Origin: Archangiaceae bacterium
GTDB lineage: Bacteria; Myxococcota; Myxococcia; Myxococcales; Myxococcaceae
DNA length: 41,837 nucleotides
Reading direction: 5' to 3'
Assembly (NCBI GenBank): GCA_043750125.1
Contig: JAYVCD010000341.1
Location: forward strand, 1 to 41,837
The first letter of the stretch is position 1. Each line of letters begins with the position of its first letter. The notes beneath the pieces were generated by a model. It was not told the origin of the DNA and ran no database searches. It saw nothing but the letters and a program-made list of their open reading frames with translations. Below are positions 34,208 to 41,837 of this stretch, in pieces. The translations under genes and the position numbers were made by a program.

Positions 34208-36184
34208 CTACTTCAGCTTCTTCAATGCGTCGGCAGCCTCGCGGTGGTCCAGCCGGGCCGCCGCTTCGTACGAGCGCTTCGCCTCGTCGCGCTTGCCCTG
34301 CTTTTCGTAGAGCTCTCCCAGCGAAAAGAACGCAGTCGAGAGCGAGGGATCAATCTGGGTCGCGATCTTGAAGCTCTCTTCTGCACCGCGGGCCTCGCCC
34401 TTGAAGAACAGCACCACCCCCCGGTAGTAGATCGACAACGCGTGCTTCGGCTCGGCCGACAGCACGTCGTTGAGCACCCGCATCGCCTTGTCCACATCGC
34501 CGCCCCGGAACAACAGGAACCCGTACTCCGCCCGGGCTTCGAAGTTGGTCGGGTCTTTTTCCAGCGCAACCTCGAGCGCCGGTAACGCCTTGTCCGGCCG
34601 CCCGATTCGCGAATTCAAGATTCCGTACCTCGCCTGCATCGCCGAGTCGTCGGGCTGCGCTCGGATCCGCTCTTCCAGCATCTTCTCTGCCTCGGCCAGC
34701 CGCCCCATCGACAGGTACAGATCCACCAGGCCCCGCTGCGCCTGCGCGTTGGCCGGCTCGGCCTTCAGCACTTCGCGGTACAGCGGCTCGGCCAGCTTCG
34801 CCACCCGCTTCTTCACGTACGCCCGCGCCAGATCCAACTTTCCTTCCGACGACGGCACCAGGCTTAGACGAATCGTGAACTGCTCGACCGCCCCGTCTGC
34901 ATTTCCCGACGCCAGGTACGCTTCGGCCAGCGCCTCGTGCGCCGACGCGTCGTCCGGCATCTTCTCGACCGCGGTCTTCAGCGTGTGAATCGCATCCTCT
35001 GCCTTTCCCTGCGCGAGGTAGGCGAGCGCCAGCCCGCGGTACGCATCGGTGGTCCTGCGCGCATCATTGCTCTTTCGAACCAACGCAAACTTCGAGCCCG
35101 TCTGCTCCGCTTCTTCCGCGGCGGCGATTGCTTTCTTGAACGCTTCCACCGCCCGGTCGCGCTTGCCCTGCTGCAGGTACAGCGAGCCCAACTGCACATA
35201 CGGGCCACTCGCCGTCGGCTCGAGCTTCAATGCCTGCTCGAACGCCTTCGTCGCCTTCCCGCCTTCATTGACGTTGAAGTAGCTCAGCCCGAGATTGAAG
35301 AACGCCTCGGAATAGCCGGGGTCCGCCGCGGTCGCCCGCTTGAACGCCTCGAGCGCTTTCTTGTGGTCCGCCCGCGCATCGAGCGCCACTCCCAGGTTGT
35401 TCAGCGCCGGAGCGTGCTTCGGGTTGATCGCCAACGCCCGCTCGAACTCGGCCAGCGCGAGCGTGACGTTGTTCTCGCGCATCAGCAGCACGCCCAGGTT
35501 GTAGTGGGCCTCTGCGTCTTCGAGCGTGTCCTTGCTCACCGACGTGAGCAGGTCCTTCGCTTCGGCGTACTGGCCCTTGTCTGCCAGCGCCTTGGCCAGG
35601 TTCACCTTGGCCGCCGTCAGGTCGGGCTTGAGCTTCAACGCGCCCCGGTAGACCGAGATCGCCTCGTCGAGCAGTCGCTTTTGCTGCAGTGCCTCGCCCA
35701 GATTGAACAGCAGCGCGGTGTCTTGCGGTGCCAGCGCGACCGCCTTCCGGTAGTGCTCGATCGCCAGGGCCAGCTCGTTTTGTCCCCGCGCCAACAACCC
35801 GCGCTCGGCCCGAAGGGACACCTCGTCCGGAAGCGAGACGATCGCCGCATCGAGCAGCTGGCCGGCCTTGTTCGATTCGTTCGACAGCCGGTACGCGCGC
35901 GCGAGCAACAGCTTGGCGTCAATCGACTCGGCGTCTTTCTGCACCAGGGTCTCGAGCGGCTTGACCGCCTTCTTCGCTTCCCCCAGGGACAACCAGGCCA
36001 GGCCCAGCCGGTACAGCGCCTCGGTGTCTTCGGGCGACTGCTGGAGGTTGGCCGATTCGACCTGCACCTGCCGATCGAGCGCGGCCTTCTGGTCGTGGGC
36101 CGGAGCCGCCCCCGACAACAACAGCCACAGCGCCGCCCAGCCGAGCGAGCCACCGAAGCGAAGAGAGAACGGTCGCATGGTCAC
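34208..36184 (-). CDS. Secreted multi-TPR protein
   Basis: Signal peptide; numerous TPRs (ALYRLG, LLFNLG, AHYNLG, ALNNLG, AFFNLG, AFFSLG). Overlaps the upstream stop. Confidence 0.92.
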   Translation of the reverse strand: MTMRPFSLRFGGSLGWAALWLLLSGAAPAHDQKAALDRQVQVESANLQQSPEDTEALYRLGLAWLSLGEAKKAVKPLETLVQKDAESIDAKLLLARAYRLSNESNKAGQLLDAAIVSLPDEVSLRAERGLLARGQNELALAIEHYRKAVALAPQDTALLFNLGEALQQKRLLDEAISVYRGALKLKPDLTAAKVNLAKALADKGQYAEAKDLLTSVSKDTLEDAEAHYNLGVLLMRENNVTLALAEFERALAINPKHAPALNNLGVALDARADHKKALEAFKRATAADPGYSEAFFNLGLSYFNVNEGGKATKAFEQALKLEPTASGPYVQLGSLYLQQGKRDRAVEAFKKAIAAAEEAEQTGSKFALVRKSNDARRTTDAYRGLALAYLAQGKAEDAIHTLKTAVEKMPDDASAHEALAEAYLASGNADGAVEQFTIRLSLVPSSEGKLDLARAYVKKRVAKLAEPLYREVLKAEPANAQAQRGLVDLYLSMGRLAEAEKMLEERIRAQPDDSAMQARYGILNSRIGRPDKALPALEVALEKDPTNFEARAEYGFLLFRGGDVDKAMRVLNDVLSAEPKHALSIYYRGVVLFFKGEARGAEESFKIATQIDPSLSTAFFSLGELYEKQGKRDEAKRSYEAAARLDHREAADALKKLK

Positions 36185-36819
36185 TCCACGAACGGACTGG
36201 CGCGCGCATCGAAGGTCTTCTTCGCCAGCTTCTCTTTGCTCGCGTCCCAGCTGGCCCGCAGCGTGGTCGCTTCGACCTCGGTCGACTTCATCGAGGCCTT
36301 CGCTTCGGCGTGGCGGGCGTCGCAGGCCTTGACGTCGTTTTCGAAGTCGACCGGGTCCAGCGACTCGCTGCCTTCCAGCTTCGCTTTGCGTGCCGCCAAC
36401 AGCCGCGACTGCTCGAAGCGGGTGTACGCGCAGCGCAGAAATAACGTCCCCAGGTCTTCTTCCATCACGTTCACCCGCTGTCGCGCCTTGAGGTAATCCA
36501 CCCGGGCTTCGGCTTCGGTGACCGCCAATTGGGCCACATCGCGCGAGAGGGCATCTGCCGCGTTCGACACTTCGCTGTTCGCGGCCCGCAAGCGATCTTT
36601 GGCCCGGTGGATCAGCTCGCGCGTTCGCAGCACTTCGTTGCGCGCCTCGTCGAGCCGATCGACCGCCAGCGCGAGATCATTTTCTGCTTCGAGCAATTCG
36701 ATTCGCGCCTCGTAAGGCAGCTTGTCGATGATTCCATCGGGCACCCGGCGAACCCCGCACCCGGCGGCGAGCAGCACCCCGACGCCGAGCAGCGCGCGCA
36801 ACGAAGACTCAGCATTCAT
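36181..36819 (-). CDS. Coiled-coil lipoprotein
   Basis: Lipobox AAGC; heptad-rich helical sequence; ATGA overlaps on both sides. Confidence 0.82.
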   Translation of the reverse strand: MNAESSLRALLGVGVLLAAGCGVRRVPDGIIDKLPYEARIELLEAENDLALAVDRLDEARNEVLRTRELIHRAKDRLRAANSEVSNAADALSRDVAQLAVTEAEARVDYLKARQRVNVMEEDLGTLFLRCAYTRFEQSRLLAARKAKLEGSESLDPVDFENDVKACDARHAEAKASMKSTEVEATTLRASWDASKEKLAKKTFDARASPFVE

Positions 36820-37313
36820 GGAGGGACCTTCGCAGTGAACGGGCCGTAAACCGTGCGGCCATTGGCGAACTCGATGCCGTTCTCGAAAGTGAGGTTCAGC
36901 TGCCCCTTCACCGATGTGTCGGGGCGAATCTGATCGAAGAAGCTCATTTTTCCGCGAATCACTTTCGGAAAGACCGAGCGTTTGTCGTCCAGCACGTTGC
37001 GGGTGACGATGCTGCGTTGGCGGTTCGGGTCATCAGGCCGCGCCTCGGCCAGGTCGATGGTGGACGGAGTGTTGAACACCTGCCCCGCCTGAGCCCAGAC
37101 CACCTTCAGCGACGTATCCATCGTGGCGCCCCGCTTGCGAACGAACCGAACCGCGATCTCATCGGACGTGGTGTCGAGCACGCACTCGTCCCACCCCAGG
37201 TCCATCACCACCGAGAGCGAACCCTCGAGCTGAAACTTCGCGGGCGCAACGCTGCCCCCGCCGGTGCACCCGGACAGCAGCAACCCCACCGTGAGGATCT
37301 CGACGGCTCTCAC
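36816..37313 (-). CDS. Hypothetical beta-rich lipoprotein
   Basis: GTG 37313 overlaps the upstream TGA and gives MRAVEILTVGLLLSGC (lipobox LSGC). Confidence 0.8.
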   Translation of the reverse strand: MRAVEILTVGLLLSGCTGGGSVAPAKFQLEGSLSVVMDLGWDECVLDTTSDEIAVRFVRKRGATMDTSLKVVWAQAGQVFNTPSTIDLAEARPDDPNRQRSIVTRNVLDDKRSVFPKVIRGKMSFFDQIRPDTSVKGQLNLTFENGIEFANGRTVYGPFTAKVPP

Positions 37314-40300
37314 TTGCAGCTCTTCCACTCCGGGTCCACGTCGGGGCCGGCGATCGAGCCCGAGTCTTTGATCACCGAAATTTCGCGTCGGGCCCCTTCG
37401 AGGTCTCCAAAGCGGCACTTGAGCGCTCCTAGATTCGCGCGGGCCTTCTCGAACGTCGGGTCGGACTCGAGCGCCCGACCGTATTCGGCCCGCGCGCTCA
37501 TCGCGTCCCCCTGCAGCAGGTACGAATAGCCGAGCGCCGAGTGCGCCGTCGCCCGACTGTCTTCGATTTCAATCGCCCGGTTGAGCGCCAGCTGCGCGTC
37601 GTTCACCTTCAGGGCCCCCAGGTACTGCAGCCCCAGCTGCTCGAAGTCCGCGGCGCTCTGGGTCGTCTCGGCCTTCTTCGTCAGCTCTTCGACGTTGATC
37701 GGGCGCTCGGGCCCCGCCCCTCGCAGCGGGTTGGCGGCCTCGTCGACCTTCTTGCGGCAGCCGACCACCGCGAAGCTGAACACCTCGAGCTGATCTGCGC
37801 GGGTGAGGCAGGCGGTGAACGCATTGTTCGCCTGGTCCTTCAGCGGCTGGGACTGCTCTTTCACCGCCGCGCGGAACTGCTCGACCTCGGCCGGCTTCAG
37901 CCCCGCCGGAAGCGCGGTCGCCTCGACCACGTCGGCGATGTGCTGAAGGCCGTTGCCGATGCGCCAGAGCGAGGCGACCGCCCACTCGGCACTGCCCATC
38001 GAAGCCGCCTGGTTGTAGATCCCCTGCAGTTGCTGCAGCGCGGCGACCTTCTCGTCGATCTTGTCCGAAGGAATCGCTTTGTACTGCTTGTAGAGAATCT
38101 CGCCGAGGTACCAGAGCGCCTTGGCGGTGTCTTCGCCCGCCGAATTCGGAGCGTTGGTCACGTGGGTCAGCAACGCGATCAGCGCCTCGGGCTTGTCGTT
38201 GGTGGTGGTCGCGACGACCTCGGCGACGATCGCCGCCGCCGCGGGGTTGACCTTGTCGAGCTTGAGCACCTGCTCTGCGGTCGCTCGGGCTTTCGCCGGC
38301 TGCTTCATCTTCATCTGCGCCTGGGCAATCAACACCAGCACCTCGGCCTTTCGGGCTCCGGCCTGTTCCGCCGCCTGCTCGAACGCCTTCACCGCCCCGG
38401 GGTAATCGCCCAGCGCCATCTTCAGCCGCGCCGCCGCGATGAAGCTGTCGAGGCCGGTCGAGTCGCCCTGGAACTTCTGGCCCACCTGCTCGTAGTAGCC
38501 GGCCGCCTCGGCGTAGTGGCCCCCTTCGGCCGCGTGCCGCCCCAACGTCAAGATGACGTCCGAGAGGTAGGACGACTTCCCGTACTCGGTGATGAACTTC
38601 TGGCCGATTTCCCGCTCTTTGCGGTTGTCCCGCTTCTCTCGCGCGGCGGTGAACGCGGCGTACAGCGCCTTCTCTCCGATTTCCTGGCCCTTGTTTTCTT
38701 CGGCCACCTTCAGCAGGCCTTCGATCACATCGCCCGTCTCTTCGGTCGACTTCAGCGCCAATTCACCCAGCGCCTCGCTCTTGCTCTCGGTGACGATTCT
38801 CTTCACGTCGGCCAGGAAGACGGCCGGAAGCTTCGAGCCGAGGAATGCCTTTCCGGCCGCCTCGATGCCCTTGAAGTCGTTGAGCTGCCGCAAGCTGTCG
38901 AGGGCCAGATTCCCCGCCACCGTGGCGTCCTTGTGGTCCGCGTGGGTGATCGCGAAAGCCTGAAAGAGCTCGGCCGCTTTTTTGTAGTCCCCGTCCTCGT
39001 AGAAGGCGCGCGCGATGTTGAACTTCACTTCCAGCACGTGCTCGGTCTTCGGGTACCGGCCGACATATTGGGCGCCCTGCAGCTTGAGCGCCTGCCGCGC
39101 ATCGGCCACTTCGAACGCGTTGAGCCGTTCGACTTCTCCGGCGCGCAGCGAAGAGAAGTGAGACAGCAACGCCCCGTACATCGCCTCTTCGTGGGTCTTG
39201 ACGGTGTTGACCGTCTTCTCGCTGACCGAGTTCGACACCTGCGCGACCGCGGCGAACTTGCTGTCCTTGATCGCCGCTTTGCCTGCCACCGCCGCTTTGT
39301 CCTTCGCCAGGTCGAGCTTGGTCGAATCTTCCGGCGCGCCCTTGTCCTTCGCGCGGGCCGCGCTGCCATCGAGATACGCGGCGAGCTCTTCGAATTGTCG
39401 CGCCGCTTCGGGGAACCGCCGGGCTGCAAACAGCGCGTCGGCCCGGTTCTGCATCATCTGGGTCGCGTATTGCTTCGGTCGGAACAGCGAGAGGTACTTC
39501 TCGTACGCCGCCGCGGCCTCGAGATAGAGGTTCTTGTCGTCCTTCTTCTGCGCCTGAACGTGAAGGGTGGTCGACAGGTCGCGCGCCATCTCTTCGAGCT
39601 CGAGCAGTGTCTTGCGCCGCGAGGTCTCGTCCTTGCTCGGGTCGGTCTTCACTCCGACCGCCGCGCGCACCAGGAACGCCACGTCTTCCGGGCGAGGCAG
39701 GACCTTGTTCTTCGCCGCCTTCAGCGAGTCGTAGATCTTCTGCGCCCGCTCGACTTCGAGCTCCGGGTCGGGCTGCACTTCCATCAACTTGCGCAGCGCC
39801 GGAATCGCGTACTCGAACTGCTGCTTGATGAAGTACCGGTTGCCGAGCTTGTCCAGCGCCAGCGCATAGGTGGCGCGCGACTCAGAGAGCTTCTCGAAGT
39901 ACTGCAGCGCGCCCTTCGCCGGCCGGGACTCGGTGTAGCTGTAGACGAGGTCCAGCAGCGCCTCGCGTTTGACGTTGAGGCTCTTGGCCGCATCGACTCC
40001 GGGAATGGGCGCGCTGGCTGCCGCCGCTTCGAAGAACGTCACCGCGTCGGCGTGCTTGCTCTCGTTGATTCGGATCCACCCCATCTTGTAGCGGGCCAGA
40101 TCGTGAACCGGAGAAGGCGGCGCATCGAGGATCGCGCGGTAATGCTCTTCGGCCTGCTTCATCTCGCTCTTGTCGAAGTGGTAGTCGCCGAGAATCTGCT
40201 CAGAGTCCAGCCGCAGCGGCGAGCTGGGGTATTTCTTGATCAGGTCCCCCAGCGTCTTCAGCATCGACTCGAAGTCGCCCATCTCGCGCTGCTCGTGCGC

Positions 40301-40693
40301 CAGGTAGAAGGTGACCTTGTCCCCGTCCTTGAAGTCCGCGTTCTCGCGAAGAATCCGGTTGTAGATCTGCATCGCCTTCTGCTTGAGCAGCTTGGTCTCG
40401 GGCGAAACCATCGCGCCCTTCTGACCTTCGGGGCGGGTCTCAGACTGAAGGAAATACACGTACCGGCTCTTCTCGACGTACAGCTCGGCTTGTCGAAACT
40501 GCAGGTCGGGCAGGTAGGGGGCGTTGCGGCTCTTCGCGATCAGCTTGTCGGTCTCACCGATGCTGCGATCGACTTTGAAGATGTCGCGCCGCAGCTTCTC
40601 GATCAGCTCGCCCTTTTCCTTCTGCCTCGAGACGATCGGATTCTCGAGCGCCACGCTCAGCGCCAGGCCCACCACGAACGCCGCCGCGCTCAT
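37310..40693 (-). CDS. Large periplasmic TPR protein, GltD(AgmU)/NfsD-like
   Basis: Signal-like N-terminus. FRQAELY, YKMGW, FNIAR..Y, AGNLALDSL and WAVASLWRIG..QSQPL..A..AF..CL segments resemble the GltD family; extra C-terminal TPRs; ~1130 aa. Confidence 0.75.
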   Translation of the reverse strand: MSAAAFVVGLALSVALENPIVSRQKEKGELIEKLRRDIFKVDRSIGETDKLIAKSRNAPYLPDLQFRQAELYVEKSRYVYFLQSETRPEGQKGAMVSPETKLLKQKAMQIYNRILRENADFKDGDKVTFYLAHEQREMGDFESMLKTLGDLIKKYPSSPLRLDSEQILGDYHFDKSEMKQAEEHYRAILDAPPSPVHDLARYKMGWIRINESKHADAVTFFEAAAASAPIPGVDAAKSLNVKREALLDLVYSYTESRPAKGALQYFEKLSESRATYALALDKLGNRYFIKQQFEYAIPALRKLMEVQPDPELEVERAQKIYDSLKAAKNKVLPRPEDVAFLVRAAVGVKTDPSKDETSRRKTLLELEEMARDLSTTLHVQAQKKDDKNLYLEAAAAYEKYLSLFRPKQYATQMMQNRADALFAARRFPEAARQFEELAAYLDGSAARAKDKGAPEDSTKLDLAKDKAAVAGKAAIKDSKFAAVAQVSNSVSEKTVNTVKTHEEAMYGALLSHFSSLRAGEVERLNAFEVADARQALKLQGAQYVGRYPKTEHVLEVKFNIARAFYEDGDYKKAAELFQAFAITHADHKDATVAGNLALDSLRQLNDFKGIEAAGKAFLGSKLPAVFLADVKRIVTESKSEALGELALKSTEETGDVIEGLLKVAEENKGQEIGEKALYAAFTAAREKRDNRKEREIGQKFITEYGKSSYLSDVILTLGRHAAEGGHYAEAAGYYEQVGQKFQGDSTGLDSFIAAARLKMALGDYPGAVKAFEQAAEQAGARKAEVLVLIAQAQMKMKQPAKARATAEQVLKLDKVNPAAAAIVAEVVATTTNDKPEALIALLTHVTNAPNSAGEDTAKALWYLGEILYKQYKAIPSDKIDEKVAALQQLQGIYNQAASMGSAEWAVASLWRIGNGLQHIADVVEATALPAGLKPAEVEQFRAAVKEQSQPLKDQANNAFTACLTRADQLEVFSFAVVGCRKKVDEAANPLRGAGPERPINVEELTKKAETTQSAADFEQLGLQYLGALKVNDAQLALNRAIEIEDSRATAHSALGYSYLLQGDAMSARAEYGRALESDPTFEKARANLGALKCRFGDLEGARREISVIKDSGSIAGPDVDPEWKSCK

Positions 40694-41835
40694 TGACCGG
40701 TCTCCTCGATGCAGCGCGACTTCAGCGAAAACCGGTAGTCCCGCAGCTCGTCGTTCCAGTACTCGTTGGCGAACCGGTACGAGACCTGCTTCTTCTGAAG
40801 CTTTTGCTCCTCGACCAGGGCCACCAGCTTCGAGCCCTTCTTCACCCGCTCGTACAGCTTGAGCCCGACCTCGTATTCCATCAGCCGAACCTGCTCGGCC
40901 GCGCGCAGCAGCTTGTCCGCTTCGCTGCGCACCGACAGCTTCAGCCGTTCGTCGTAGATGCGGGTTCCTTCCGCCCGCGCCAGGTCATACAGGCGGGTGA
41001 GGTAGGAAAACATTCGTTCCCCGAACGTGCCCGCGAAGCGCCCCATCAACTCGCCTTCGAGCTCGAGCGAATCGAGAAACTTCTTCGCCCGCTGGGTCGA
41101 CCCGTGGCTGCTCGCCGCCCGCAGCAGCCGCGGGTCCAGCGTCAAATCTTCGCGCTCTTTGATCGCTTCGATCGAATCGGCGAACCGCCGGGTCAGCTCT
41201 TTGGCCGCGCGCTTGGCCGGCAGGTAGTGGCACAGGTCGCGGTAGATCAACGCCCGCAGCAGGTACTTGTCGGGCAGAAACTCATTGCGAAACGACGGCG
41301 CGTCGAGCGTGGTCAGAATGCCCATCGCCGCGTGAATCTGCCCCAGGTTGTACCGGGTCCACGCCTCTTCCAGGTACAGCGTCGCGCGGCCCGGGTCGAG
41401 CGCCGGAAGCTTCACCTGGTTGTAGGCCTCGAAGGCGCCGGCGTAGTCCTTGAGCTCGTAGCGAAGCCGCGCCACCGCGAGGATCGCGTCATTGCGCGCG
41501 TCCTGGGTCAGCTTCTCGTCTCGGGCCAGCTCGAAGAAGTCGTCGATCACTTCCTTCGGCACGTCGCGCTTGAGGCTCTTCAGCCGCGTCACCAGCAGCG
41601 CGAACCTGGCCCGCGAGGCCTCTGCTCCCGCCTCGGGCAGCTTGGCGAAGTGGGTGTTCGCCCAGCGCTCGTTGCCGACCCGAAGATCCACCAGACCCTG
41701 CTGGTAGTGGGCGTAGCCGCTGATTTCTTCCGGGAGGAACCCGAGGTCGAGCGCGCCGAACACCTGCTCATCGATCAGCACTTCATCGTGCGGCAGGTCG
41801 GTCAGTTGCTGCAGCGTCGCCAGGGCCTTCGGAAG
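40690..41835 (-). CDS. GltC/NfsC-like TPR protein (5'-partial)
   Basis: Frame is open to the window edge (LPKALATLQQ...). Motifs LAVARLRYE, LYLEEAW, LTTLDAPSF..PDKYLLRALIY.DLCHY. C-terminal F.NEYWNDEL.DY.F...SRC motif is characteristic of the GltC family. Confidence 0.75.
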   Translation of the reverse strand, partial: LPKALATLQQLTDLPHDEVLIDEQVFGALDLGFLPEEISGYAHYQQGLVDLRVGNERWANTHFAKLPEAGAEASRARFALLVTRLKSLKRDVPKEVIDDFFELARDEKLTQDARNDAILAVARLRYELKDYAGAFEAYNQVKLPALDPGRATLYLEEAWTRYNLGQIHAAMGILTTLDAPSFRNEFLPDKYLLRALIYRDLCHYLPAKRAAKELTRRFADSIEAIKEREDLTLDPRLLRAASSHGSTQRAKKFLDSLELEGELMGRFAGTFGERMFSYLTRLYDLARAEGTRIYDERLKLSVRSEADKLLRAAEQVRLMEYEVGLKLYERVKKGSKLVALVEEQKLQKKQVSYRFANEYWNDELRDYRFSLKSRCIEETGQ

Positions 41836-41837
41836 CA

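Noticed and set aside
37541-40696. 1051-aa + strand ORF
   Set aside because: Antisense mirror of the GltD-like TPR gene, typical of high-GC genomes.

Overview
GC-rich bacterial DNA, almost certainly myxobacterial (Myxococcales): it carries MYXO-CTERM-type sorting signals, D-A-G linker repeats, a zinc-finger Ser/Thr kinase and a Glt-like TPR operon. The window is dominated by secreted, lipoprotein and envelope genes. In order: kinase; M13 peptidase; a + strand operon (divergent C45-type Ntn-hydrolase lipoprotein, outer-membrane barrel, S45 acylase, NDH-2, YchJ); a CxxCH/Reeler-like Ig-stalk surface protein; a GH71-like glucanase; three abutting gene remnants; a lipoprotein methyltransferase-like protein; a second CxxCH/Reeler-like protein; lytic transglycosylase; YdeN hydrolase; arylamine N-acetyltransferase; a pair of lipoproteins sharing an unrecognised domain; two convergent GT-C/TPR membrane enzymes; a metallophosphoesterase; cytochrome c; an ADH pseudogene; a structured intergenic region; and the distal part of a Glt/Nfs-like TPR operon running off the right edge. 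I saw no rRNA, tRNA, CRISPR array or transposase. The best candidates for something undescribed are the paralogous lipoprotein pair (24210-26701), the C45-variant/barrel/S45 operon (4262-9776), the non-canonical Glt-like cluster, and the structured non-coding element (~33720-34150). All family calls come from motif recognition by eye, not database searches.
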